The notes under the pieces: generated by a model | Told to the model about the DNA's origin: nothing | The model's input: only the letters and a program-made list of their open reading frames with translations | Database searches by the model: none | Position numbers and translations under genes: made by a program | Source of the DNA: Acidobacteriota bacterium | Lineage (GTDB): Bacteria > Acidobacteriota > CAIWXX01 | Direction of reading: 5' to 3' | Assembly (NCBI GenBank): GCA_040755995.1 | Contig: JBFMAF010000029.1 | Location: forward strand, 1-64,000 | Length of the DNA stretch: 64,000 nucleotides | In this document: in pieces, positions 48,456 to 58,648 of the stretch | Numbering within the stretch: the stretch's first letter is position 1 | Layout of the letters: every line of letters begins with the position of its first letter

Positions 48456-48686
48456 ATGGCCAAAGGGATGTTTCAGGTCATTATCGAACAGGACGAGGCT
48501 GGATACTTCGTTGCGGAGTGCCCGGCCCTCAAGGCGTGTTATGCGCAGGGCCGTACCTTCGAGGAGGCCATAGATAACATCAAGGACGTCATCTCTCTCT
48601 GTGTCATAGACCTGAAGAAGAGCGGGAAGAGGCTTCCGCGTCAATCTGAGATCATCGGCGTGAAGCACATCATGGTGCCGGTTTGA
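48456..48686 (+). CDS. hicB: HicB-family antitoxin
   Basis: EQDEAGYFVAECPAL..CYAQG.T.EEA..NIKDVI. Confidence 0.9.
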   Translation: MAKGMFQVIIEQDEAGYFVAECPALKACYAQGRTFEEAIDNIKDVISLCVIDLKKSGKRLPRQSEIIGVKHIMVPV

Positions 48687-48907
48687 GCCCCCCTGTGGTC
48701 AAACCGAAGGAACTCGTCAGAGCACTCGGAAAACTCGGCTTCAATCTCATCCGAAAATCACGAGGTAGTCGCTGGCAGTTCGAGCATCCAGATGGGCGTC
48801 GAACGACTGTGCCGATGCACAAGGGAGTGGACATCGGCCCAGGGCTCCTCCGCAAGATCCTCCGAGACATTGAAATCGACGTGGAGGAACTGGAGAAGTA
48901 TCTCTAG
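48683..48907 (+). CDS. hicA: HicA-family toxin
   Basis: LVRAL.KLGF..RGS....HPDGR.TTVP.H..I.PGLL.KIL; the usual GSH His reads Arg. Confidence 0.85.
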   Translation: MSPPVVKPKELVRALGKLGFNLIRKSRGSRWQFEHPDGRRTTVPMHKGVDIGPGLLRKILRDIEIDVEELEKYL

Positions 48908-48919
48908 AATCATCACAAG

Positions 48920-50140
48920 CTACTGTATCGGCCCGACCCTCTCCACGATCGTCGCGACACCCTGGCCGACGCCTACGCAGAGTGTGGCTAGGCCGTACCG
49001 GACACTGGGGCGGCGGCGCATCTCGTGCACGAGCGTCGTTAGCAGGCGGGCGCCCGTGCAACCGAGTGGGTGCCCCAGCGCGATGGCGCCGCCGTTCACG
49101 TTGCAGATCGACGGGTCGATCCCCAGCTCGCGCATACATGCGACGGCCTGGGCCGCAAACGCCTCGTTCAGCTCGATAAGTCCGATGTCGCCCATCTGAA
49201 GCCCGGCGCGCTTGAGCGCCTTGCGCGTGGCCGGGATGGGACCGATCCCCATGTAGTCGGCGTTGACACCTGCCGAAGCGCACGTGACGAAGCGCGCGAT
49301 TGGGGTCACGCCGAGCTCGGTTGCCTTCTGCTCGCTCATCACCAGAATCGCAGCGGCTCCGTCGTTGATCCCTGAGGCATTGCCGGCGGTGACGACTCCG
49401 CCTTCCTTGAACGCCGGCTTCAGCTTCGCCAGCTTCTCCATCGTCGTATCCGGCCTGGGGTGCTCGTCGGTGTCGACGATCAGAGGATCCGCCTTGGTGC
49501 GCGGGATGCTGACCGGCGCGATCTCGTCCTTGAACCGGCCCGCCCTGTTCGCCTCGGCCCATCGCCGCTGCGACTCCAGCGCGAGCTCATCCTGCTCCTG
49601 TCGCGTCACGCCGTACTTCACCGCCACGTTCTCGGCGGTCATCCCCATGCTCACGGCCGCGTGGACCGGCAGCATCTTCGGATTGACGAAACGCCAGCCG
49701 AGTGTGGTATCGAACATCTCGATGTTGCCGCGCGGGAAGGCGGCCGGCGGTTTCCCCATCACCAGAGGCGCGCGCGTCATAGACTCGACTCCGCCCGCAA
49801 CGAACACGTCGCCGCGATCCAGCTCGATCGACTGCGCCGCCATGTTGAATGCCTCGAGCCCCGACGCGCAGAGTCGGTTGAAGGTGACCCCGCCGACATG
49901 CTCCGGAAGCCCCGACAGCAATACAGCCATGCGCGCCACATTCCGGTTGTCCTCGCCCGCCTGGTTCGCACACCCCATGTACACGTCCTCGATACTGGCC
50001 GGGTCGACCCCGGGGTTGCGCGCGAGAAGCGCACGTAGCACGTGCGCAACCAGGTCGTCGGGCCGGACATCCTTCAGGCCGCCGGCATACGCGCCGATCG
50101 GCGTCCGAACCGCATCCACGATGACGGCAGTCTTTGTCAT
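48920..50140 (-). CDS. acetyl-CoA C-acyltransferase (thiolase, PaaJ/PcaF-like)
   Basis: [36 protein letters not shown]. Confidence 0.95.
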   Translation of the reverse strand: MTKTAVIVDAVRTPIGAYAGGLKDVRPDDLVAHVLRALLARNPGVDPASIEDVYMGCANQAGEDNRNVARMAVLLSGLPEHVGGVTFNRLCASGLEAFNMAAQSIELDRGDVFVAGGVESMTRAPLVMGKPPAAFPRGNIEMFDTTLGWRFVNPKMLPVHAAVSMGMTAENVAVKYGVTRQEQDELALESQRRWAEANRAGRFKDEIAPVSIPRTKADPLIVDTDEHPRPDTTMEKLAKLKPAFKEGGVVTAGNASGINDGAAAILVMSEQKATELGVTPIARFVTCASAGVNADYMGIGPIPATRKALKRAGLQMGDIGLIELNEAFAAQAVACMRELGIDPSICNVNGGAIALGHPLGCTGARLLTTLVHEMRRRPSVRYGLATLCVGVGQGVATIVERVGPIQ

Positions 50141-50153
50141 TTCGTCTCCTCTG

Positions 50154-51326
50154 CTACCCGAAGGCGGCGATACCGGTGAGCTCGGCACCGATGATCAACG
50201 AGTGGATATCATGCGTCCCCTCATATGTCTTGAGGGTTTCGAGATTGAGCATGTGGCGGATGACGGAGTGCTCGAGGGTAATTCCGGCGGCGCCGAGCAT
50301 GTCGCGCGCCATTCTCGCGATTTCCAAGGCATGGTGAACATTGTTCATCTTGGCCATGGAGACGTGGACGTGAGTCGCCTTGCCCTCGTCCTTGAGTCTC
50401 CCCAGGCGGTAGCAGAGCAGCTGCGCCTTGGCGACCTCGGTCGCCATGTAGGACAGCTTCTGCTGCACGAGCTGAAACGAGGCGATGGGCTTGTCGAACT
50501 GCTTCCGCGTCTTCGCGTAGCTCAGCGCGGCCTCGTAGCAGGCGACTGCCGCCCCGACGGCACCACAGGCGATTCCATAGCGCGCCTGGTTCAGGCACAT
50601 GAGAGCTGCCCTCAACCCGTGCGCCTCCGGCAGCATGTTCTGCTGAGGGATTCTGCAATCCTCGAAAACCAGCTCGGAGGTGACCGATGCGCGCAGCGAG
50701 TACTTGTGCTTGATCAGAGGGGCCGAGAAGCCCGGCGTGCCCTTTTCGACGAGGAAGCCCCGGATCTGGTCGTCCAACTTCGCCCACACCACGGCGACGT
50801 CCGCGATCGTCCCGTTTGTGATCCACATCTTGTTGCCATTGAGGACGTATGAGCTCCCGTCCTTCACCGCACGCGTCGTCAAGCCGCCGGGATCCGAGCC
50901 GTAGTCGGGCTCGGTCAGCCCGAAGCAGCCGATCGCCCTGCCGGCGGCGAGCCTTGGCAGCCAGTACTTCTTCTGCTCCTCGCTTCCAAACTGCCAGATC
51001 GGGTACATCACCAGCGCACCCTGCACCGACACGAAGCTGCGAATAGCCGAATCCCCTTTCTCCAGCTCCACCATCACGAGACCGTATGCCACGTTGTTGA
51101 TTCCAGCACCGCCGTATTGCTGCGGAAGGTTGGCTCCAAGATACCCCAGCTCCCCCAACCTCGGCACCAGGTGATCGGGGAATGTGGCGTCTTCGAAGTG
51201 CTTCGCGATGATCGGGGCAACCTCCTTCTCGACAAACTCGCGCGAAACATCACGCACGAGCTTTTCTTCGTCTGAAAGCATCTCCTCGATATTGAAAATA
51301 TCGGCCGGGTTCATCTTCTTCTCCAT
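50154..51326 (-). CDS. gcdH: acyl-CoA dehydrogenase, glutaryl-CoA dehydrogenase-like
   Basis: [14 protein letters not shown] and [17 protein letters not shown]. Confidence 0.8.
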   Translation of the reverse strand: MEKKMNPADIFNIEEMLSDEEKLVRDVSREFVEKEVAPIIAKHFEDATFPDHLVPRLGELGYLGANLPQQYGGAGINNVAYGLVMVELEKGDSAIRSFVSVQGALVMYPIWQFGSEEQKKYWLPRLAAGRAIGCFGLTEPDYGSDPGGLTTRAVKDGSSYVLNGNKMWITNGTIADVAVVWAKLDDQIRGFLVEKGTPGFSAPLIKHKYSLRASVTSELVFEDCRIPQQNMLPEAHGLRAALMCLNQARYGIACGAVGAAVACYEAALSYAKTRKQFDKPIASFQLVQQKLSYMATEVAKAQLLCYRLGRLKDEGKATHVHVSMAKMNNVHHALEIARMARDMLGAAGITLEHSVIRHMLNLETLKTYEGTHDIHSLIIGAELTGIAAFG

Positions 51327-51415
51327 AGTTGGCCCAGGCACCTCAAAGCCCCCGCCAGTACTGTAGCGTTTAACCCCTGGAGCGTCAACGCGACGCGCGC
51401 CCAGGTCGGCGCACC

Positions 51416-51444
51416 TTGACAGGTCCGAGGCTGGAACCTAGACT
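51416..51444 (+). promoter_or_regulatory. sigma70 promoter
   Basis: TTGACA-17 bp-TAGACT. Confidence 0.7.
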
Positions 51445-51480
51445 CCTTCTGAACGGGATCGGCAGCGACATGGAGGCGGC

Positions 51481-52056
51481 TTGAATACTCCGGATACGAT
51501 CGAACTGCCGAGAATGCTTCTGATCGGCTCGAGCGGGCGTAACGCGGGCAAGACGCGGCTGGCCGTCAGAGTCATAGGCAACTACTCCGGCAAGGTCGAC
51601 ATCATCGGGCTCAAGGTGACGGCGGTCACGGAGAGAGATGGATTGTGCCCGAGAGGAGGCGAGGGGTGCGGCGTCTGCTCGCAGATGGAAGGGGAGTACT
51701 GCATCGTGGAGGAGCTCGACGCCGAGGGCCAGAAAGACACCTCGCTGCTCCTCCGTGCAGGCGCTCGACGCGTCTACTGGCTCAGGGTCATGAAAGACAA
51801 GATGAGAGACGGGATGGAAGCCCTGCTGCGCGAGCTGCCCGAGGACGCCGTGGTTGTTGCCGAGTCGAACAGCCTCCGCCTGGCCGTCAAGCCGGGGCTC
51901 TTCCTGATGGTGGCGGACAGCAGATCGAAGCCGAAGCCGTCGGCAGAGCAGGTATGGGCGCTGGCGGATCGCATCATCGAGACCAACGGCCAGGAATTCG
52001 ACACAGGTAGAATAGACGCCATACGGCTCACGGACGCGGGCTGGGAGTGCGCGTGA
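51481..52056 (+). CDS. MobB-related P-loop protein
   Basis: IGSSGRNAGKT, CPRGGEGCGVC, KDT....AGA, ESNS; coupled to mobA. Confidence 0.7.
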   Translation: MNTPDTIELPRMLLIGSSGRNAGKTRLAVRVIGNYSGKVDIIGLKVTAVTERDGLCPRGGEGCGVCSQMEGEYCIVEELDAEGQKDTSLLLRAGARRVYWLRVMKDKMRDGMEALLRELPEDAVVVAESNSLRLAVKPGLFLMVADSRSKPKPSAEQVWALADRIIETNGQEFDTGRIDAIRLTDAGWECA

Positions 52057-52625
52057 GCGCTCCCGGTTCCAGCGGCCGCTCGGCCATCATCCTGGCCGGC
52101 GGAGAAAGCACGCGCATGGGCAGAGACAAGGCGCTGCTGCCGTTCAAGGGCAGGCCTCTGGTGCAGAACATCTTCGAGACGATCGAGCCCTATTTCGACG
52201 AGATCATCCTGAGCTCCAACCATCCGGAACGCTACGGCTTTCTGAAGGCCAGGGTGGTGCTGGATGAAGAGACGGGCCGCGGCCCGCTGATGGGTCTGTA
52301 CTCTGCGCTGCGCGCGTCCTCCAGCGAGATCAACTTCGTCGTCGCCTGCGACATTCCGGAGGTCAACGTGCGGTTCATGCTGAGCCTCCTGGAACATGCG
52401 GCTGAGTACGACGCGGTCGTCGCAAGCATAGGGGAGTGGCGTGAGCCGCTCTTCTCCGTCTACCGGAAATCCTTGACGTCTGTGATCCGAGCGGTTCTGG
52501 ATGAGGGCAAGAACAAGATCACGTGCGTCTTCGGGCGATGCCGTGTGAAGTATCTTCAAATGGAGGAGGCCGCATGGTACAGGAACATCAACACCGACGA
52601 GGACTATGAGAGCCTGAGCCGATGA
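52053..52625 (+). CDS. mobA: molybdenum cofactor guanylyltransferase
   Basis: ILAGGESTRMGRDKA..GPLMG..ACDIP..EPL..NINT. Confidence 0.92.
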   Translation: MSAPGSSGRSAIILAGGESTRMGRDKALLPFKGRPLVQNIFETIEPYFDEIILSSNHPERYGFLKARVVLDEETGRGPLMGLYSALRASSSEINFVVACDIPEVNVRFMLSLLEHAAEYDAVVASIGEWREPLFSVYRKSLTSVIRAVLDEGKNKITCVFGRCRVKYLQMEEAAWYRNINTDEDYESLSR

Positions 52626-52729
52626 GCTGTTGATGTCTTTCCTCGCCGATCGGTCCGACTGACCGCAGGTGCTCCGGCAGGCGGCATGAGGAGCCCCTGG
52701 GCTCTATCATTCGCCTACTGCTCTCACGG

Positions 52730-52759
52730 TTGACAAGCCTTTGGGGGTTATCCTAGACT
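52730..52759 (+). promoter_or_regulatory. sigma70 promoter of the molybdoenzyme operon
   Basis: TTGACA-18 bp-TAGACT. Confidence 0.65.
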
Positions 52760-52860
52760 CGCTGCAGTGGTCATTGCAGGAGCTGGCGCTGTGGTCTGTG
52801 TTCCAGCATAGCTGAATCCGGAAGAAGATGGCCGATTTCTTCTAGAAAGGCGAAGTGCAG

Positions 52861-55491
52861 ATGGACGTACAACCTGGGCACGTCAAAGAGGACGTTTGGA
52901 TTCCGACCTCCTGCGGGGGATGCTACGCGCAGTGCGGCATACTCTGTCACCGTGTGAACGGTCTCCTGGTCGAGATCGAGGGGAACCCGGAGAGCCCGGC
53001 CGGGAGCGGCAGGATCTGCGCGAAGGGGACGGCGCAGCTCATGACGCTCTACGACCCGCACCGGATCAACTACCCGGTGAAGCGGACGAATCCGCAGAAA
53101 GGGGTGGGAGTCGATCCGATGTGGGAGCGGATCAGCTGGGAAGAGGCGCTCGACATCATCGTCTCGAAGCTGAAGGCGGCTCATCAGAAGGACCCGAGAG
53201 GTGCGTACTTCCAGGCGACGACGGTGCAGACCAGCGAGATCAGGTTTGCCGTGATCGCGTTCATGCGCGCCTTCGGCTTCAAGAACTACTGGGTGTCGGG
53301 CGGGGGCTTGTGGTGCGGCAACGGAGCCCACTTCATGAACGGAATCATGCACGCCGCCTGGTCGATTATCCCGGACTTCCAGCTCAACAACTACACGCTC
53401 TACTTCGGGTGCTCCAAAGGCCACGGGGCCGGTCACGCAGCGCTTCAAACGGCGCAGCAGGCCGCCGACGCGAGGGCGAGGGGCATGAAGGCGGTGGTCT
53501 TCGATCCCTATCTTTCGACACAGGCGTCCAAGGGGCACGAGTGGGTTCCGATCCGAGTCGGAACGGACGGAGCCATGGCGCTGGGATTGATAAACGTCCT
53601 CCTCAACGAGCTCAACATCTACGATGCCGAGTACCTCAAGCTGAAGACGAATGCGGCTTACCTGATACAGCCGGATGGGCACTACAAGAGAGACAAGACC
53701 ACCACGAAGCCTCTGGTCTGGGACAGCGTAGACGGCAGAGCAAAGGCATTTGATGATCCCACGATCAAGGATTTCGCCCTCGATGCCACGTACGACGTCG
53801 ACGGGACGACCTGTTCGACTGCGTTCAAGCTCCTCAAGGAACACGTCAAGAAAGAGTATCCGATCGAGAAGGTCTCGAAGATCACGAGCGTCCCGGTGAA
53901 GACGATCCGGCGCATTGCGAAGGAGTTCGGTGAGCATGCCCAGATCGGCAGCACGATCAGCATCAAAGGGAAGGTGCTTCCGCTCAGGCCTTCGGCGGCC
54001 ATCTTCTTCCGCGGGACGCAAGGGCACGTGAATTCGGGCTGGACATGCCTGTCGATCGATCTTCTCAACCACGTCATCGGAGCCGCGGACGTTCCGGGTG
54101 GATCGATGGGGCATGGCCCGCCGGTCTGCCAGGGCTACCCGGACACGGGGAAGCCGAACACGGTCCCGTATCCGTGCGAGGACGGCCTGATGGTGGTCAA
54201 GGGCTGGGTGTACGATCACAAGCCCTATCCGCTCCGCAAGCCCTCCCCTCCGGCCCGGCTCGACCTCCAGGACATGTTCCCCTGCTCCGTCTACAATGCA
54301 TTCACGATCTGCTCGCCGGATTGGGAGAAGTATCTGGAGAAGTTCAAGATCGACTACCGCCCCTCGATCATGATCAACTTCGGCTCCAACTCGGTCATGA
54401 CGATGGGCAACGCCGAGCAGGTGACCGAGAACTTCCTGAAGAAGTTCGAGTTCATCTTCTCTTTCAACATCTATCACAACGAGTTCACCGAGGCGGTTGC
54501 CGACGTCGTTCTGCCGGATGCGTCCTTCCTGGAACGATACACGCCCTGCGTGACGTTCCCGTCCACGTTCTCGCACCCGACGGCGGTCGATCACTGGGTC
54601 TGGCAGATACGGCAGCCGGTCGTGGAGCCCCTCTACGAGCGGCGCGACTTCAACGAAGTGATGCTGCACATCGCGGACAGGCTCGGCCTCAAGAGCAAGT
54701 ACTTCGACGCGATCAACAAGATCATTCCCGTGCGCTACGGCGGCGACATGAGCAAGGAGTACGAGCTCGATCCCAACGGCGACCACAGCTGGCAGGATAT
54801 CTGCGACCGAGTGCTCAAGGACCGGCTCGGCGCGGGACACGGCCTGGAGGAGCTGAAGAAGACGGGGCTCGTGAAATGGCCGACGAAGGTCGAGGAGATG
54901 TACTGGAGATGGTTCGTTCCGGTCAGGGTTCCGATCTACTTCGAGTACTTCATAGACGCGGGCAAGCAGTTGAAGGAGGTGGCCGGGTCGTTCGGCATGC
55001 CTGAGATCGCCGACTACAAGTTCTACGAGCCGCTGGCGCAGTGGAATCCGTGCCCGTCTCACACGATGGAAGGATCGGAATACGATCTCTGGGCATTCTG
55101 CTGGCGCCCGTCGTTCCACACCCAATCGTCGAGCCAGAACAACCCGTGGCTCGACGAGATTTCGGTCAACGACCCGTGGGTGTACATGATTCAGATCAAC
55201 GAGCAGACCGGCAAGAAGAAGGGAATCGCCGACGGAGACATGGTCTGGGTCGAGAACCCGATCGGCAAGCGGATCAAGGGAAGGGTGAGGCTGGTTCAGG
55301 GGGTCCATCACGAGCACGTGTCCATCGCCGGCTGCCACGGCCACTGGGCGAAGGGGATGCCGATAGCGAAGGGCAAGGGGGCGTTCTTCGATGATCTGAC
55401 CGAGTGCGATCTGGCGCACACAGATTCCCTGACGCAGGGTTCCGACACTTGCGCGAAGGTGAAGATCTACAAGTGCGAGGTGGCGTCATGA
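52861..55491 (+). CDS. DMSO-reductase-family Mo/W-bisPGD catalytic subunit without a Tat signal
   Basis: CGGCYAQC..ICAKG FS0 motif, ISWEEALD, GTDGA, ADVVLP..LER, GIADGD.V.V. Confidence 0.92.
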   Translation: MDVQPGHVKEDVWIPTSCGGCYAQCGILCHRVNGLLVEIEGNPESPAGSGRICAKGTAQLMTLYDPHRINYPVKRTNPQKGVGVDPMWERISWEEALDIIVSKLKAAHQKDPRGAYFQATTVQTSEIRFAVIAFMRAFGFKNYWVSGGGLWCGNGAHFMNGIMHAAWSIIPDFQLNNYTLYFGCSKGHGAGHAALQTAQQAADARARGMKAVVFDPYLSTQASKGHEWVPIRVGTDGAMALGLINVLLNELNIYDAEYLKLKTNAAYLIQPDGHYKRDKTTTKPLVWDSVDGRAKAFDDPTIKDFALDATYDVDGTTCSTAFKLLKEHVKKEYPIEKVSKITSVPVKTIRRIAKEFGEHAQIGSTISIKGKVLPLRPSAAIFFRGTQGHVNSGWTCLSIDLLNHVIGAADVPGGSMGHGPPVCQGYPDTGKPNTVPYPCEDGLMVVKGWVYDHKPYPLRKPSPPARLDLQDMFPCSVYNAFTICSPDWEKYLEKFKIDYRPSIMINFGSNSVMTMGNAEQVTENFLKKFEFIFSFNIYHNEFTEAVADVVLPDASFLERYTPCVTFPSTFSHPTAVDHWVWQIRQPVVEPLYERRDFNEVMLHIADRLGLKSKYFDAINKIIPVRYGGDMSKEYELDPNGDHSWQDICDRVLKDRLGAGHGLEELKKTGLVKWPTKVEEMYWRWFVPVRVPIYFEYFIDAGKQLKEVAGSFGMPEIADYKFYEPLAQWNPCPSHTMEGSEYDLWAFCWRPSFHTQSSSQNNPWLDEISVNDPWVYMIQINEQTGKKKGIADGDMVWVENPIGKRIKGRVRLVQGVHHEHVSIAGCHGHWAKGMPIAKGKGAFFDDLTECDLAHTDSLTQGSDTCAKVKIYKCEVAS

Positions 55492-56117
55492 CTCGATATG
55501 GATTCGTGATCGACCTCAAACGATGCTATGGATGCTACTCCTGTCAGGTGGCGTGCAAGGCGGCGAACCACACACCGAGAGGGATCGACTTCGCCAGGTG
55601 CCTCCAGGGTGAGACGGGGACCTACCCGGCGGCACTGCGGCAGATGCTCCCAACCCTCTGCATGCAGTGCGCCAACCCGGAATGCATGAGAGTCTGCCCG
55701 ACCGGGGCGACGCAGCAGAACGAGTATGGGATCGTCACGGTCGACAAGGACCTCTGCATGGGGTGCAAGTACTGCATGATGGCATGCCCGTACGGCCAGC
55801 GCCACACGGTGCCCGAGTGGCAGACCTACTACCCGCATGCAGGCGGGGATCTCGATCCCTACCAGGCGTTCGCAAAGGCAAGATGGGAAGAGAAGTACGG
55901 GTTCGGCATCGCCACCAAGTGCGATTTCTGCATGGACCGCGTCAGGCAGGGGAAGCAACCCGCTTGCGTTGTCACCTGCCCGGCCAAGGCGCGCTACTTC
56001 GGGGACTTGAATGACCCCGAAAGCGAGATCTCGATTTTGATCCGGCAGGAGCGCGGTTTTCAACTCAATCCGGAATTCGGGACCGATCCGTCGGTCTACT
56101 ACTTACCACCGAGGTAG
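55488..56117 (+). CDS. four-cluster FeS subunit (DmsB/PsrB-like)
   Basis: CYGCYSC, CMQC..C, CMGCKYC, KCDFC. Confidence 0.93.
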   Translation: MTRYGFVIDLKRCYGCYSCQVACKAANHTPRGIDFARCLQGETGTYPAALRQMLPTLCMQCANPECMRVCPTGATQQNEYGIVTVDKDLCMGCKYCMMACPYGQRHTVPEWQTYYPHAGGDLDPYQAFAKARWEEKYGFGIATKCDFCMDRVRQGKQPACVVTCPAKARYFGDLNDPESEISILIRQERGFQLNPEFGTDPSVYYLPPR

Positions 56118-56124
56118 GACAGCC

Positions 56125-57036
56125 ATGGATATGAAGGCGCAGACAAAATGGAGCTGGCTCATCGCCGCTTACCTGTTCCTCGCCGGAGTCGGCGGCGGCG
56201 CATACATCACCGGTGCAGTCGCTGACTTCCTCGGCTCAGACTGGGCGGGCGTTTCCACAATCGGTGTTCTCCTGGGCTTCCCGTGCGTGCTTGTGGGATG
56301 CATGTTCTTGATCGCCGATCTGGGAAAACCGGTCAATTTCTGGCGAGCGGCGATGCGGCCGAATACCTCCTGGATCGCCCGCGGCACCATCATCATCACA
56401 GTGTTCATGATCCTCGGAGCTGTGCACACGGGGCTGAAGATCTGGAGCCCCGTGCAGTCCGCCGGCGCGGTGGACTCGCATCGGACCGTCGCGGCATTCG
56501 GCATTCTCTTCGCGCTGGGCACTGTGGTGTACACGGGGATCCTGCTCGGAGCGTCGAGGCCAATAGCGTTCTGGAGCACCGCGACACTCCCGCTGCTGTT
56601 CCTGGTCTCGGCACTCTCGACCGGGACCATGGCCGTGATCCTCGTCGCCACGGTCGCCGGAGAGCCGATCGAATTGATCTCTGCCCTCGCCCGGGCTGAC
56701 GCCGTGCTGATCGTCCTCGAGATCCTGGTCCTCGGCTTCTATCTCCAGGCCACTCACCGAGTCCCGGAGTCCAGGGCATCCGCCAGGCTCGTGCTGACGG
56801 GCTCGGTCGCTCCGCTTTTCTGGGCCGGTGTGGTCGTCTTCGGGCTCTTCGTGCCGTTGGCGATGGAGGTGCTGAGCGCGGCTGCTCTGGAAGGAGGCGG
56901 CGCCGTCGCCGCCACGGCCGTCGCCTCTGTGACCGGGATCATCGGCGGGCTCTTCCTCCGCCAGGTCGTTCTCGCTGGCGGAATCCATGCGCCTCTGAGA
57001 GTCGGCCGCTTCGAATACGCCCTGTCCAATACGTAG
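56125..57036 (+). CDS. NrfD/PsrC-family membrane anchor
   Basis: W..LIAAYLFLAG..DLG.P..SWIARG..YTG.LL; about eight hydrophobic segments. Confidence 0.9.
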   Translation: MDMKAQTKWSWLIAAYLFLAGVGGGAYITGAVADFLGSDWAGVSTIGVLLGFPCVLVGCMFLIADLGKPVNFWRAAMRPNTSWIARGTIIITVFMILGAVHTGLKIWSPVQSAGAVDSHRTVAAFGILFALGTVVYTGILLGASRPIAFWSTATLPLLFLVSALSTGTMAVILVATVAGEPIELISALARADAVLIVLEILVLGFYLQATHRVPESRASARLVLTGSVAPLFWAGVVVFGLFVPLAMEVLSAAALEGGGAVAATAVASVTGIIGGLFLRQVVLAGGIHAPLRVGRFEYALSNT

Positions 57037-57058
57037 CGAGGCGCGGCCTCGCGGCGCC

Positions 57059-57093
57059 TCGAGTAGAGAGTAGAGAGTGGAGAGTCGAGAGTG
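57059..57093. repeat. degenerate heptamer repeat (AGAGTAG/AGAGTGG/AGAGTCG)
   Basis: Directly visible; overlaps the start of the CoA-transferase gene. Confidence 0.75.
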
Positions 57094-58285
57094 GGAAGCC
57101 GCTCTCGACGGCCTCGTCGTTCTCGATCTTACGCGTGTGCTCGCTGGGCCCTACTGCACGATGACGCTCGGCGACTTCGGTGCACGCGTGATCAAGATCG
57201 AGCAGCCGGGCCGCGGCGACGATACGCGGCAGTGGGGCCCGCCGTTCTCGGCGGCGGGCGAGAGCGCGTACTATCTTTGCGCGAACCGCAACAAACAGAG
57301 CGTCACGCTCAACCTCAAGAGCAAGATGGGGCTTCAGATCCTGCGCGAGCTTGCTTCGCGCGCGGACGTATTGGTCGAGAATTTTAAGGTTGGCACCATG
57401 GAGCAGCTCGGCGTTGGGTATGCGGCCTTGCGCGAGCTCAATCCAGGGTTGGTCTATTGTTCCATCACCGGCTACGGACAGACGGGGCCGTACCGGGACC
57501 GCCCGGGATATGACAACGTGATCCAGGCGCAGGGCGGCGTCATGAGCATCACGGGCCCGGAAGACGGCGAGCCGTACAAGGTCGGAGTCGCGATCGCCGA
57601 CATCACCGCTGGCATGGTTGCCACCATATCGATTCTTGCCGCCCTCCAGTGGCGCAGCCGCACAGGCCAGGGCCAATACATCGACGTGGCGCTGTTGGAC
57701 TCACAGCTGGCGTGGCTGGCAAATGTCGCCAGCGCCTACCTCGTGTCCGGCAAGCCTCCTCGGCGCTATGGCAACGCGCACGCAACCATCGTGCCCTATC
57801 AGCTCATGCCCACAGCGGACGGCTGGCTCATGTTGGCGGTCGGCAATGACACTCAGTTCGCAGCGCTCTGCAGTCTGCTCGGGCGCGAAGAATGGATCAC
57901 CGACGAGCGCTTCGCCACCAACCCGGCTCGAGTTACACATCGCAAGCAGCTCATACAAATGCTCAAGGAGATATTCCCAACTCGCACCACGAGAGAGTGG
58001 GTCGATCTGCTCCTGGGCACAGGAATCCCTTGCGGGCCGGTGAACGACATCCCCGCAGCGCTGTCGGATCCACAGGCGGTGGCGCGCTGCATGGTCCAGA
58101 GCGTAAGCCATCCAACCGCGGGTGAGGTAAGACTAGTCGGCCCGGCGACGAAGCTCGGCACGACCCCGGCGAGGATCTTCAGCGCTCCACCAGTACTCGG
58201 CGAGCACACGGACGCAGTGCTCAAGGAGTTGCTCGGGTTCGATGAGGAGCGGATCGCCGAGCTCCGCGCCTCGGGCGTTATCTGA
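57077..58285 (+). CDS. CaiB/BaiF family III CoA-transferase
   Basis: LDLTRVLAGP..GDDTR..NRNK.S..GYGQTGPY..PGYD..P.LGEHT. Confidence 0.95.
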   Translation: MESREWEAALDGLVVLDLTRVLAGPYCTMTLGDFGARVIKIEQPGRGDDTRQWGPPFSAAGESAYYLCANRNKQSVTLNLKSKMGLQILRELASRADVLVENFKVGTMEQLGVGYAALRELNPGLVYCSITGYGQTGPYRDRPGYDNVIQAQGGVMSITGPEDGEPYKVGVAIADITAGMVATISILAALQWRSRTGQGQYIDVALLDSQLAWLANVASAYLVSGKPPRRYGNAHATIVPYQLMPTADGWLMLAVGNDTQFAALCSLLGREEWITDERFATNPARVTHRKQLIQMLKEIFPTRTTREWVDLLLGTGIPCGPVNDIPAALSDPQAVARCMVQSVSHPTAGEVRLVGPATKLGTTPARIFSAPPVLGEHTDAVLKELLGFDEERIAELRASGVI

Positions 58286-58648
58286 GACGCGTGCCCGCGA
58301 CGGACACAGGAAAGCCCGACGCATCCGACGGCCAGTCTGACAACAACGGGCACTCGTCTATCAGCCAATCTCGATGCCAGCCACAGGAAAAGGAAAAGAA
58401 AAGGAAAAGAAAAAAAAGGCGATAGCATTGACCTCGGCCTTCGAGGTGTGGTATGCGTTCATCATGACAAGCGGCAAGAGGGGGCATTGCTGTGACAGGT
58501 GGTTCTTCTGAGGTAGCCATCTCCACGGCAGTATCGCTGGCAGGGATTGCTCGCGCCTGCCCGCCGCGTGATCTGGCACCGGCTCGAATTCCGCCCCCCG
58601 CACAGTAGGAATTTCCCTCCCGCACGAGTCTCGGGAGTTGAGGCTCTC

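Noticed and set aside
43250..50852. Long ORFs 43250-44626(-), 44199-45746(-) and 49263-50852(+)
   Set aside because: Antisense to YcaO/SagB and to thiolase/acyl-CoA dehydrogenase; no independent coding signal.
52771..55419. 882-aa minus-strand ORF
   Set aside because: Antisense shadow of the molybdoenzyme gene.
58384..58419. A/G-rich tract as terminator or ncRNA
   Set aside because: No convincing adjacent GC stem; treated as low-complexity spacer.
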